Origin: Candidatus Kaiserbacteria bacterium
Lineage (GTDB): Bacteria; Patescibacteriota; Minisyncoccia; Phycocordibacterales; UBA918
DNA: 43,950 nucleotides
Direction: 5' to 3'
NCBI GenBank assembly: GCA_024653575.1
Contig: JANLIJ010000068.1
Coordinates: 1-43,950, forward strand
Below, piece after piece: positions 14,615 through 23,993 of the stretch. The notes under the pieces were generated by a model. The model saw only the letters and a program-made list of their open reading frames with translations, was not told where the DNA came from and did not search any database. A program made the position numbers and the translations under genes. The first letter of the stretch is position 1. Each line of letters opens with the position of its first letter.

Positions 14615-14655
14615 AGAGCCACCCGCACATGACTCTGTCATGTGCGGGTGGCTCT
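14615..14655 (-). terminator. 19-bp perfect hairpin between the toxin gene stop and the thrC start
   Basis: AGAGCCACCCGCACATGACtctGTCATGTGCGGGTGGCTCT. On the minus strand it is followed by cgttt. Confidence 0.6.
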
Positions 14656-14686
14656 TAGGATATCTTACACTCTTAAATAAGAAATA

Positions 14687-14962
14687 TTAGTTATAGATAT
14701 CATGGGTGCCAATCGCAAGAAAGGCGACGGTATTTTTGTCTTCCCAAGAAAAGACAATCCGGTGGGAATACGTGACGGAGAAGCTGTAACAACCCTTCAG
14801 TACTCCCGTGAGTTTATGAACACGAAGTCTTTCATGGTTTGCCTCATTTTTAAAAAGTTCCATTTTCTCTCGTGCTTCCACTTGGATTTTCTTTTCGAGT
14901 TTTTTAAACTCGCGTAGAAATGATGGTTTATATACGATGGTTATATCTCGCATATCACTCAT
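14687..14962 (-). CDS. type II toxin, RelE/ParE superfamily
   Basis: 91 aa. FLREFKKL...KLTG.LKGCYSF.V.YSHRIVF pattern. 4-nt ATGA overlap with the upstream antitoxin gene. Confidence 0.75.
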   Translation of the reverse strand: MSDMRDITIVYKPSFLREFKKLEKKIQVEAREKMELFKNEANHERLRVHKLTGVLKGCYSFSVTYSHRIVFSWEDKNTVAFLAIGTHDIYN

Positions 14963-15162
14963 ATGGATTTTAATAGGTCATCAAGATTGCCTGAAAGAGA
15001 TGGCTCCTTCATAGCACGGAGAACTTTTTGAACCGCAATGTCTTCGTTGTAATGCTTGAGTGCATTGCGCACCACCGCTGCACGACTTGCACCAGTCTCC
15101 TCAGCCACTTCAGCGAGGCGCTTTTCAAGCTCTGGGGTGAGGGGAACAGATATAGTAGACAT
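14959..15162 (-). CDS. ribbon-helix-helix (CopG-like) antitoxin
   Basis: MSTISVPLTPELEKRLAEVAEETGASRAAVVRNALKHY is an RHH fold signature. Start at the internal Met. Confidence 0.75.
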   Translation of the reverse strand: MSTISVPLTPELEKRLAEVAEETGASRAAVVRNALKHYNEDIAVQKVLRAMKEPSLSGNLDDLLKSI

Positions 15163-15180
15163 AATATATGTATGATAACT

Positions 15181-15214
15181 TAGTATGATAATATCATATG
15201 ATATTATCATACTA
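15181..15214. promoter_or_regulatory. 34-nt perfect palindrome, probable TA operator
   Basis: TAGTATGATAATATCAT|ATGATATTATCATACTA, 19 nt upstream of the antitoxin start. Confidence 0.6.
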
Positions 15215-15263
15215 ATTGCAAGGAGATTAAAAACGGGCGTGGCCGAAGGACACACCAGTTTTT

Positions 15264-16190
15264 CTACCCCCTCGAATGAAACTTCTTGTGAATATCTCTG
15301 AGGTGTTTGTCGGTGACGTGGGTGTATATTTGCGTCGTTGCAATGTTGGCGTGGCCGAGGAGCGCCTGCACGGAACGAAGGTCAGCGCCGTTACTCAAGA
15401 GGTCGGTAGCGAAGCAATGTCGGAGTTTGTGGGGAGTGACTTTACGCGTGATGCCTGAGATTGTTGCATACCGCTTGATGATGCGTTGTACGCTACGGGG
15501 AGTGAGGCGGAGGTCGATGTTTTTTTCATCATTATGCTTTGCATTTTTTCCATACTGAATGAACATTGCATCATCAAAGTCTTTTCGCTCCTTGAGGTAC
15601 GCCTTAATAGCATCTCGTGCGGTGTCTGAAAGAAACACTACACGGACTTTGTCACCCTTCCCTCGAATTGAAAATTCGTCACGAGTAAGATCAACGTCCT
15701 CCTGAGAAAGGGAACAGAGTTCTGAGACACGGAGGCCAGTCGAGAAGAGGAGTTCGAGAATTGCGCGGTCTCGAAGACCACTCAGTGTATTGGAATCAGG
15801 TGCCTCGATGAGACGCGTGAGCTCGGCAGGGGAGATGAGGTCAAGTGAACGCTCGGGAACCTTCGCAAGTTCAATGCGCTCGGGGTTGAGCGACTCTATA
15901 CCACGCTTGCGAAGATATTTAAGGAAGGCACGAAGCGCGATGAGGTAATAGTTCTGTGTTTTGCGCTTCAGTGTCTCCACATTTCGACCAACTTTTGTTC
16001 CTTGTTGCCGATTGAGCCAGAGGCGGTACTCACGTACCTGTGTTTCAGTAACATCCTTTGGGCCGTCTACCTTTGCATACTCTAAAAAGCGAGTGAGGTA
16101 GTGATCGTAGTTCCTGACAGTGAGAATACTGCGCCCCTTTTCAATTTCGAGGTATTCAAGAAACTCACGTTTTAGTTCTTTGAGCGTCAT
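15264..16190 (-). CDS. xerC: tyrosine recombinase, XerC/XerD-like
   Basis: N-terminal SAM-like core-binding domain. Catalytic residues R...HKLRHCFAT...LLGH...TQIYTHV. Confidence 0.85.
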   Translation of the reverse strand: MTLKELKREFLEYLEIEKGRSILTVRNYDHYLTRFLEYAKVDGPKDVTETQVREYRLWLNRQQGTKVGRNVETLKRKTQNYYLIALRAFLKYLRKRGIESLNPERIELAKVPERSLDLISPAELTRLIEAPDSNTLSGLRDRAILELLFSTGLRVSELCSLSQEDVDLTRDEFSIRGKGDKVRVVFLSDTARDAIKAYLKERKDFDDAMFIQYGKNAKHNDEKNIDLRLTPRSVQRIIKRYATISGITRKVTPHKLRHCFATDLLSNGADLRSVQALLGHANIATTQIYTHVTDKHLRDIHKKFHSRG

Positions 16191-16290
16191 ACCTATATAT
16201 AGTACACGAGAAGTGTCGCAAAATATTGCTTCATTCCACACCAATATCCTAAAATGTAAAAGCCCGAAAGCGGTGGGCTTTTACGGGCTT

Positions 16291-16416
16291 TTAGCGGATG
16301 GAATCATTGATAGATCGGTAGCACTGACCGCACTCTGTGTGATCATTTTTCTGTGTTACCCAGCGACCACAAATCTTCACTTTGATTTCACGCCCGCATT
16401 CACAGTATTTAGGCAT
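16291..16416 (-). CDS. 41-aa zinc-ribbon micro-protein (MPKYCECGREIKVKICGRWVTQKNDHTECGQCYRSINDSIR)
   Basis: Below the ORF-track cutoff. SD AAAGGAG 7 nt upstream. CxC...CxxC pattern. Terminator-like hairpin at 16260-16292. Confidence 0.5.
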   Translation of the reverse strand: MPKYCECGREIKVKICGRWVTQKNDHTECGQCYRSINDSIR

Positions 16417-16491
16417 GTTCAGACTCCTTTCTATAGATTTTTATACCACAAAATTTTATTGTCCTCAAGCATTTTGTAGCTATGAAGCCTC

Positions 16492-16520
16492 TTGCAAAGC
16501 TTGTCAATATGTGATATAGT
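16492..16520 (+). promoter_or_regulatory. sigma70-like promoter of rpsO
   Basis: TTGCAA, 17 nt, TATAGT. Confidence 0.45.
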
Positions 16521-16596
16521 ACTCATAACCTTCGCAGGTTAGATCTAACAGCGCCGTACGTGCTATCTACATGTACTGACGCATTTTTTAAACACT

Positions 16597-16863
16597 ATGC
16601 TTACAAAACGAAAGAAAGAGAACGTAATCAAGGAGGTTCGCCGACATGACAGCGATACTGGTTCACCAGAAGCACAGGTTGCGATACTCACGAAACAAAT
16701 TGATGAGCTCTCAAAGCACCTCAAAAAGAATTTGAAGGATTTCCACTCACGACGTGGACTACTCCAGATGGTTGCCGACAGACGAAAGCACCTCAAGTAT
16801 CTCGAGAAGAAGGATGAGAAATCATACAAGTCCCTCATCAAGAAGCTTGATCTCAAGAAGTAG
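16597..16863 (+). CDS. rpsO: 30S ribosomal protein uS15
   Basis: DTGSPEAQVAILTKQI..L..HLKKN.KD.HSRRGLL.MV..RR..L.YL are canonical S15 motifs. Confidence 0.95.
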   Translation: MLTKRKKENVIKEVRRHDSDTGSPEAQVAILTKQIDELSKHLKKNLKDFHSRRGLLQMVADRRKHLKYLEKKDEKSYKSLIKKLDLKK

Positions 16864-16879
16864 CCGGTAGGAGAAGATG

Positions 16880-16917
16880 AACATGCGCCAAGTCCTTACG
16901 GACTCGGCGCATGTTTT
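16880..16917 (+). terminator. intrinsic terminator
   Basis: AACATGCGCC..GGCGCATGTT plus TTT, with a nested AGTCC/GGACT stem. Confidence 0.75.
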
Positions 16918-16997
16918 CTATCTGTTATACTAGCAGAAGACCATTGTTCCTTTTTTAAACGTATTTTTAAACAATTCATTTTTTAAAACAAATTTTT

Positions 16998-17570
16998 ATG
17001 ACCGTAATCAAACACAAAGAACAGCGCGTCGCTATTTTTATCGACACACAAAATCTCTATCACAGTGCAAAGAATATCTATCGGGCAAAAGTCAATTTTG
17101 ACGCAGTTATTAAGGCGGCGCTCGGCGACCGAAAGCTCATTCGTGCTATTGCATATGTGGTCACCACCGAGAGCGGGGAGGAGCAGTCCTTTTTTGAAGC
17201 GCTTGAAAAGATTGGTATTGAGGTAAAGACAAAAGACCTCCAAATCTTTTTTGGTGGGGCAAAGAAAGCGGACTGGGACGTTGGGCTCGCAGTCGATGCA
17301 ATCAAACACTCCCAGAAGGTGGACTCTATTGTTCTCGCCTCAGGCGACGGCGACTTTGTCCCTCTTGCTGAATATGTGAAATCACAGGGATGTCAGGTTG
17401 AATGTATTGCCTTTGGAAAATCGAGTTCATCACGACTCCGTGAAACGGTTGACGACTTTATCGACATGGACGACGCGCCACACAACTTCCTCATCGGACT
17501 CAGGCCGAACAACAAACTCAAAAGACAGGTTCGAAAGATTGTCGGGACCGACACTGACGATAACGATTAG
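16998..17570 (+). CDS. NYN-domain (LabA/DUF88-like) putative RNase
   Basis: RVAIFIDTQNLYHS...IAYVV...VLASGDGDFVPL are NYN/PIN-like acidic motifs. Confidence 0.8.
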   Translation: MTVIKHKEQRVAIFIDTQNLYHSAKNIYRAKVNFDAVIKAALGDRKLIRAIAYVVTTESGEEQSFFEALEKIGIEVKTKDLQIFFGGAKKADWDVGLAVDAIKHSQKVDSIVLASGDGDFVPLAEYVKSQGCQVECIAFGKSSSSRLRETVDDFIDMDDAPHNFLIGLRPNNKLKRQVRKIVGTDTDDND

Positions 17571-17581
17571 CAATATTACAC

Positions 17582-17616
17582 AAAACACCCCACGGCATAA
17601 GCCGTGGGGTGTTTTT
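17582..17616 (+). terminator. intrinsic terminator
   Basis: AAAACACCCCACGGCataaGCCGTGGGGTGTTTT plus TT. Confidence 0.8.
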
Positions 17617-17856
17617 TATTCCCATCTTTGATACACTCTGTTCATTATAAGGAGTGATTTGGATAGGTGGGTTTCAAGCATGTTGTTTGAAATTCAAAAT
17701 TCAAATCACTCAATAACGTAATAAATTAGAACGTTCATAGGTGGATACAGTTTGAGGAGAAACAAATTTTTCGAGTGACACGTACTCAAATGTACGATGA
17801 ACGAGAAAAATGAAGATTCAACGAAAAAATGTGCCACCTATGGGCGTTATAACAAT

Positions 17857-19992
17857 ATGGAAAAGAAATCATATACCGTTGACCTCGAAGGGAAAACACT
17901 CACCGCCACCTTTACCAACCTCACCAATCAAGCGCATGGTTCTGTCATGGTGGGCATGGGTGAGACGGTTGTCCTCGTCACCGCAGTCATGAGCAAGCAC
18001 ACCGCAGGGAACATGTCGTACTTCCCACTCTCTGTAGAATTTGAGGAAAAGTTTTATGCTACCGGACAGATTCTCGGGAGCAGGTTCCAAAGACGTGAAG
18101 GCCGTCCGAGCGACGGTGCTGTCCTTTCGGCGCGTATTGTCGACCGTACCATTCGGCCACTCTTCAACCATGGTATTCGAAACGAAGTGCAGGTGGTTGC
18201 AACCGTGCTCAGCGCTGGTGAAGATGATCCTGATGTACTCGCTGTTATCGGAGCATCACTCGCACTCGGTGTCTCAGATATTCCATGGGACGGACCAATC
18301 GGCGCTGTGCGTATTGGGAAGCGAAAGGATACGGGAGAGATTGTAATAAACCCAATGTATACCGAGCGTGAAGCGGGAATACTCACCTATGAAGTGCTCG
18401 CCTGTGGAAAGGACAACACCATCAATATGATTGAAACGGCTGGATTTGAAATCAGTGAGGGGGAAGTCGTACACGCACTCGAACATGCAGTGACACTCAT
18501 TACGAAACTCCAGGAATTCCAGAACACGATTATTCAGGAAATTGGAAAAACAAAACGTGATGTTGCAATTCCCGAGCTCGATGAAGCAACGCTCGCGCTC
18601 TTCACGGAGCGTATTGCTCCAAAGCTCACAACTACTCTCTTCAGCAACCAATCGGGGAAGGCACACCTCTACGAACTCAAGGATGAATGGCTCACACTTT
18701 TGGGCGAGGCTATTCCTGATGCATCAGCGAGTCTTGCAGGAGAATATTTTGAACATGCAGTGGATGTGGAGCTCCATCGTGGCGTCATTCACGACAAGGT
18801 CCGTCCCGATGGGCGCGGTATGGATGAGGTGCGTCCACTCTTTGCACAAGCTGGAGGCATTAGCCCCGCACTCCATGGATCGGGTATTTTCTATCGTGGT
18901 GAAACGCACATCTTTTCTGCACTCACCTTGGGTGGCCCTGATGATTCTCAAATACTCGACTCCATAGAAGAGAACGGTACGAAGAAACACTTCATGCACC
19001 ACTACAACTTCCCACCATTCTCAGTCGGAGAGACGGGACGCGTGGGAGGACAAAATCGCCGTATGATTGGTCATGGTGCACTCGCTGAGAAAGCACTCTT
19101 TGCCGTCATTCCAGAAAAGACAGAGTTCCCGTACACCATCCGACTCGTTTCAGAAACGATGGCGTCGAATGGTTCGAGCTCTATGGGTTCGGTCTGTGCA
19201 TCGACACTCGCACTCATGGATGGAGGAGTTCCTATCAAGCGACCTGTCGCAGGTATTGCATCGGGGCTCATGATGGATGACCACAATACCTATCAGCTCA
19301 TCACCGATATCCAAGGACCCGAAGATGAACATGGCGATATGGACTTCAAAGTAGCGGGGACGCGCGAAGGAATTACCGCAATTCAAATGGATGTAAAGGT
19401 GGGAGGTATCCCCGTACCTGTTCTCGCCGAAGCACTCGAGAAAGCACGCGTTGCCAGACTCCACATTCTTGAAACACTCGAAGCTGAAATCGGCGCACCG
19501 CGACCTGACATCTCACCGCGTGCACCAAAGATTATTGTGATGCAAATTAATCCTGATCAAATCGGACTCGTCATTGGTGGAGGTGGAAAAACCATCAACG
19601 GCATTAAGGATGAAACTGGTGTCGATGAAATCACCATCGAAGATGACGGCACGGTATATATCACCGGAAAGGCGGGCGCTCCAGAACTTGCGCGTGCGCG
19701 CATCGCTGACCTTACGAGAGTCTTCGCAATTGGTGAAAGACTTGATGCTGAAATAACACGCATAGCGACATTCGGCGCATTTGCACGAATTGGTGGGCAG
19801 AGCGAAGGGCTCATCCACATCTCTGAGATTGTGTCATGGCGCCTTGAAAATCTCGATGGCATTCTCAAAGTCGGAGACGTTGTCCCTATTGTCGTCTCAA
19901 AAATTGAAGATGGGAAAATCGGTCTCTCAATTAAAAAGGCAGACCCCGAGTGGGCAGAGAAGAAGGGACTCAAGGCTCCCGAGAAGAAATAA
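17857..19992 (+). CDS. pnp: polyribonucleotide nucleotidyltransferase (PNPase)
   Basis: Two RNase PH domains, then KH (VIGGGGKTI) and S1 (GLIHISE) domains. Start chosen at MEKKSY; the ORF opens at 17797. Confidence 0.93.
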   Translation: MEKKSYTVDLEGKTLTATFTNLTNQAHGSVMVGMGETVVLVTAVMSKHTAGNMSYFPLSVEFEEKFYATGQILGSRFQRREGRPSDGAVLSARIVDRTIRPLFNHGIRNEVQVVATVLSAGEDDPDVLAVIGASLALGVSDIPWDGPIGAVRIGKRKDTGEIVINPMYTEREAGILTYEVLACGKDNTINMIETAGFEISEGEVVHALEHAVTLITKLQEFQNTIIQEIGKTKRDVAIPELDEATLALFTERIAPKLTTTLFSNQSGKAHLYELKDEWLTLLGEAIPDASASLAGEYFEHAVDVELHRGVIHDKVRPDGRGMDEVRPLFAQAGGISPALHGSGIFYRGETHIFSALTLGGPDDSQILDSIEENGTKKHFMHHYNFPPFSVGETGRVGGQNRRMIGHGALAEKALFAVIPEKTEFPYTIRLVSETMASNGSSSMGSVCASTLALMDGGVPIKRPVAGIASGLMMDDHNTYQLITDIQGPEDEHGDMDFKVAGTREGITAIQMDVKVGGIPVPVLAEALEKARVARLHILETLEAEIGAPRPDISPRAPKIIVMQINPDQIGLVIGGGGKTINGIKDETGVDEITIEDDGTVYITGKAGAPELARARIADLTRVFAIGERLDAEITRIATFGAFARIGGQSEGLIHISEIVSWRLENLDGILKVGDVVPIVVSKIEDGKIGLSIKKADPEWAEKKGLKAPEKK

Positions 19993-20002
19993 CACACTAC
20001 CA

Positions 20003-20038
20003 AAAAAAACACGTCCACATAGGTGGACGTGTTTTTTT
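20003..20038 (+). terminator. intrinsic terminator
   Basis: AAAAAAACACGTCCACatagGTGGACGTGTTTTTTT. Confidence 0.85.
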
Positions 20039-20087
20039 AAATTCATGAGATACTAGTAGTAGTTCGACCGCATGGTCACAAAATCGA

Positions 20088-21848
20088 ATGGAAAATAAAC
20101 CCCCACAAAATACACATACTGATGTACCACTTCCGTCGTCATCTGGTCGCGTGCAAAAACAAATTGACATGGACGCCCCCATCGGGCTCGGAGGGGATTC
20201 AAAGCACCTGAAGAAAGAGAACGTATTCGACGTGACAAAGGCCTTTGAAAACCCCAACGGTGAGACCGGCGTCATTGTGAGCGACAAGCGAAGATCTGGC
20301 CCAAGTGTGGGAGAAAGTTTTGTCTCTGCTATTTCAGAATGGTGGGGAGGGGGTGATGCCCCAAAATCAACAACGGAAGTGAATATTCAAAATGTTCCAC
20401 CAAAACTCCCCGTCAAAGCTCTTCCGACTACCCCACAGAGAGCAGAGATTATTGCAGAGAAGCCGATCATTGCTGGAAAGATTGAACGAAAGCCTGAGGA
20501 GCAGAAACCAGAAACGACACAGCCGGAAATAGTCCATCCCCACCATCACGTTGTTGTTGAAAAAACCCGCACATTTAAGAAAGATGTCGCACGCCTCACA
20601 GAGCAAAAGGGTGACATTGCAAACGATACCGACAAAGGTACCGGGAAGGAAGTGGCTCTGCCTGACACAAAGGTTACTCCCCCTAAGGCGGTGCGCATGG
20701 GACCACTTACCGTACCCGATGTACGGACCTCAACCATTGCTCCACTTGTGCAAACGCGAACTGAGATGCCTGATGTTCCTAAGGAGAAGGCTATTCCTGA
20801 AGAACCAACCGTACGGGCAGAGCGTGTTTCTGTACCACCACCGATTCCAAGACCTCCAGTTGAGGTGGCTCCTCAGAGGTTCGTGCGCCGAGAACCGATT
20901 GTTACCGCACCAATAGTGGAACAAGTCTCTGAACCATTAAAACGGCAACGGACATTTTCTTCACCGATCACCCTACGTGAACCCGTGAAACACGACGAGA
21001 TATTTTCTGAGGAGGAATCTATTGAGGACACCACCATCACCGATGAGCTTCCGACACTTGAAGATAAATTAGAGTTTCACAGTACACTTGATCAAACATT
21101 GCTCGAGAGACGAAAAAATGAGGTCTTGGAGAGCCAACGTAAAAATACAAAGTCGTCGCCTACATGGGTTTCACTCCTTCAAGAGACATCCACTTCATGG
21201 ATGGCGCTGTTTGCGCTCATGGTACTTGGTGCTGTTATGGCAATTGTAGTGAGTGTTTATATACACATGTCAGAGAACGCTACTGAGGTTGTGCCTCCGC
21301 CTATTACCGCCCCATCATTTTTTGAAACTGAAGCTCAGACAACTGTTGCATTCACTAGTGACGGATCTCTGTTCCTCACCACGCTCGAGGAGAATGTCAG
21401 GACTGCGAAACCAGGTGTGACACAACTCTACCCAACGATATTTGAAAATGGTGTGGAACGTCCGGTGACAAGCGGTGAATTTTTCACCTCAATACATGCC
21501 ACACTCGATGAGGGGGCAGTTCGTACTCTTGATGACACCATAATGATGGGGAGTGTAACGACACTGGTCAATGAGCCTTATCTTATTCTCCGCACAAATG
21601 ACTTCGATACGCTTTTCTCTGCATTCCTCTCATGGGAACAAACAATGCAGGCAGACCTCTCTCCGCTCTTTGGAGTAGCGCTCTCATCCGAAACACACTT
21701 CAGCGACAGTGTTTGGAACAATCGGTCAACACGTACCCTCAAGGGGGCCGAGGGACAGACCGTCCTCCTCTATTCATTTGTAGACCAAAATACCGTCGTG
21801 ATTACACAATCTGAAGAGGCGCTTTCTATCCTCCTCGAAAAGTTCTAG
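20088..21848 (+). CDS. large hypothetical membrane protein (Pro-rich disordered N-terminal half, one central TM, globular C-terminal domain)
   Basis: Long ORF. TM segment WMALFALMVLGAVMAIVVSVYI. No family recognised. Confidence 0.6.
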   Translation: MENKPPQNTHTDVPLPSSSGRVQKQIDMDAPIGLGGDSKHLKKENVFDVTKAFENPNGETGVIVSDKRRSGPSVGESFVSAISEWWGGGDAPKSTTEVNIQNVPPKLPVKALPTTPQRAEIIAEKPIIAGKIERKPEEQKPETTQPEIVHPHHHVVVEKTRTFKKDVARLTEQKGDIANDTDKGTGKEVALPDTKVTPPKAVRMGPLTVPDVRTSTIAPLVQTRTEMPDVPKEKAIPEEPTVRAERVSVPPPIPRPPVEVAPQRFVRREPIVTAPIVEQVSEPLKRQRTFSSPITLREPVKHDEIFSEEESIEDTTITDELPTLEDKLEFHSTLDQTLLERRKNEVLESQRKNTKSSPTWVSLLQETSTSWMALFALMVLGAVMAIVVSVYIHMSENATEVVPPPITAPSFFETEAQTTVAFTSDGSLFLTTLEENVRTAKPGVTQLYPTIFENGVERPVTSGEFFTSIHATLDEGAVRTLDDTIMMGSVTTLVNEPYLILRTNDFDTLFSAFLSWEQTMQADLSPLFGVALSSETHFSDSVWNNRSTRTLKGAEGQTVLLYSFVDQNTVVITQSEEALSILLEKF

Positions 21849-21895
21849 AGCATACTCCCAAAACCCACAAATCCTGTGTAATTTTGGAGCGTTAA

Positions 21896-21939
21896 CCCCT
21901 GATACTGTAGTGTCAGGCCGGACATTACAGTATCAGGGG
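21896..21939. repeat. 14-bp perfect hairpin (CCCCTGATACTGTA..TACAGTATCAGGGG)
   Basis: Read directly from the sequence. An inner TGTC/GACA extension is possible. No flanking T-run. Confidence 0.6.
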
Positions 21940-21997
21940 AAAAGAGTGAAGAAAAGTGTATGGACATATTACAAAAAACGCATGATATACTGGTGCT

Positions 21998-22372
21998 ATG
22001 AAAGATACACATGTATACAAAACAGCACTTGAAGAGATGCTGAAAAATATTACTGAGGAGCTCAAGACTATTGGTATTCATAACCCCAACAATCCAAGCG
22101 ACTGGATCGCAGTCCCTGAGGACCTCGATACAGAGGAGCCCGACCTCAATCTCGCCGCAGACAGCGTCGAGGAATGGAACGAGCGCACTGCGATTGTTGC
22201 AACACTTGAGACACGGTACAACGGGATACAGAGTGCGCTCGCTCGCATCGAGACAGGAACGTTCGGTATCTGCGAGGTCTGCAAAAATGAAATCGAAGAG
22301 AAGCGACTTGCAGTAAGTCCAACGGCTCGCACCTGTATGGTGCATCTCGAAGAAGAAAACAGCCTTTCATAA
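21998..22372 (+). CDS. TraR/DksA-family zinc-finger protein
   Basis: C-terminal FGICEVCKNEIEEKRL...ARTCMVH preceded by a coiled-coil region. Confidence 0.75.
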   Translation: MKDTHVYKTALEEMLKNITEELKTIGIHNPNNPSDWIAVPEDLDTEEPDLNLAADSVEEWNERTAIVATLETRYNGIQSALARIETGTFGICEVCKNEIEEKRLAVSPTARTCMVHLEEENSLS

Positions 22373-22383
22373 AAATTATTGTT

Positions 22384-23910
22384 ATGGCAGTCGCACGCGT
22401 CTACGGAGCACAACCATCCCTCATGAGCGCCGACATCGTGACCTTAGAAACAGACCTCTCACGAGGTCTGTATGCGTTTGCGATTGTCGGTCTCGCAGGG
22501 AAGGCGGTGGAGGAAGCGCGCGACCGCATCAGTAGTGCAATTAAAAATACCGGACTCACCTCACCGAAGAGTGAGAATCACAAAGTGGTCATTTCACTTG
22601 CACCGGCAGACTTGAAAAAAGAAGGACCACTCTTCGATCTCCCCATGGCTATTTCCTACCTCATTGCCTCGGAGGAAATCTCTGCTGATGTATCAAAAAC
22701 TATTTTCATCGGGGAGCTCTCCCTCGACGGAGAACTCCGTCCGGTGCGTGGCGTACTGCCCATCGTCCGTAAGGCAAAGGAAGCAGGCTTTACTGAAGTT
22801 GTCATTCCGTTGGGGAATGTCGAAGAGGCTGGGCTCATTCCTGGCATCCGCATCACTCCCGCAAAGACGCTCCGTGAAGTCATCGCACACATCGACACAA
22901 AACGTGATGATCATGTGCGTATAGAGGAAGCGCCCCTCACACAAATAACAACGCTCTGGAGTGAAGGGAATGTTCGCCTTGAGGATGTCCGTGGGCAAGA
23001 GTCGGCAAAGCGTGGACTCATGATTGCTGCAGCAGGAAGACACAACGTTATTATGGTCGGACCACCGGGAACAGGAAAAACGATGCTCGCGCGCGCCTTC
23101 CAAGGAATACTTCCAGCGCTCACCCTCGAAGAGGCGCTTGAAGTGACGTCGATTCATTCGGTCGCGGGGACAGGTGAGGGTATTTCACTCCGTCCACCAT
23201 TTCGTGCCCCACATCACACCGCCTCATACACTGCACTCGTGGGAGGAGGTTCACACCCAAAGCCTGGTGAGGTCACACTTGCCCACAAGGGAGTGCTCTT
23301 CTGTGACGAATTTCCAGAATTCGAACGACGAGCAATTGATGCGCTTCGCCAACCGCTTGAGGATAGAGTCGTCTCTATTTCTCGCGTCCATTCGACAGCC
23401 CTCTTTCCAGCAGATTTCATTCTCGTCGCTGCAATGAATCCAACTCGAGGAGGTGATGAGAAAGGCGACTACGCGCACCAGATGATTGAGACATACAAAA
23501 ACAAAATCTCAGGACCAATCCTCGACCGCATCGACCTCTGGCTCTCTGTCCCGCATGTGGACTATGATACGCTCACGGAGAAACGTGCCCCGAGCCCCGA
23601 AGGGGCGAGGAGTGAGACCGACATCGCCCGTGAGAAAATCGCACAGGCACGCGAGCGACAGTACTCACGCTTCAAAGGGTCTGGCATCCAAACCAACGGA
23701 GAAATGTCCGCCCGTGATATCGAAGAGCAAATCGAGATGACCAAGCCCGTCCGCGAACTCTTGAAGCGCTCCGCCGAAAAGCTCAATCTCTCTCCCCGGA
23801 GCTACCACCGCCTCATCAAAGTCAGCAGAACCATAGCAGACCTAGAAAACTCCGACGACCTCAAAGAATCCCACGTCCTTGAGGCGCTCCATTTTCGATC
23901 AAAGGCATAG
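22384..23910 (+). CDS. comM: YifB/ComM-family Mg-chelatase-like AAA+ ATPase
   Basis: Lon-like N-terminal domain. Walker A GPPGTGKTM. VLFCDEFPEF. C-terminal S.RSYHR..KV.RTIADL. Confidence 0.9.
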   Translation: MAVARVYGAQPSLMSADIVTLETDLSRGLYAFAIVGLAGKAVEEARDRISSAIKNTGLTSPKSENHKVVISLAPADLKKEGPLFDLPMAISYLIASEEISADVSKTIFIGELSLDGELRPVRGVLPIVRKAKEAGFTEVVIPLGNVEEAGLIPGIRITPAKTLREVIAHIDTKRDDHVRIEEAPLTQITTLWSEGNVRLEDVRGQESAKRGLMIAAAGRHNVIMVGPPGTGKTMLARAFQGILPALTLEEALEVTSIHSVAGTGEGISLRPPFRAPHHTASYTALVGGGSHPKPGEVTLAHKGVLFCDEFPEFERRAIDALRQPLEDRVVSISRVHSTALFPADFILVAAMNPTRGGDEKGDYAHQMIETYKNKISGPILDRIDLWLSVPHVDYDTLTEKRAPSPEGARSETDIAREKIAQARERQYSRFKGSGIQTNGEMSARDIEEQIEMTKPVRELLKRSAEKLNLSPRSYHRLIKVSRTIADLENSDDLKESHVLEALHFRSKA

Positions 23911-23993
23911 TAGGGAGTATACTTATTTAATCGCTGACTGAACGTCTGTTTGAGCTGCATTCCGCGGATTGTTACAATTAATTTTTTAAAACC

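Noticed and set aside
15264-16190. Tyrosine recombinase as the integrase of a mobile island
   Set aside because: It has XerC/D-like domain organisation. There is no adjacent tRNA, I could find no flanking direct repeats (att sites), and the neighbours are housekeeping genes. It is treated as a chromosomal Xer-type recombinase. The TA pair next to it is noted separately.
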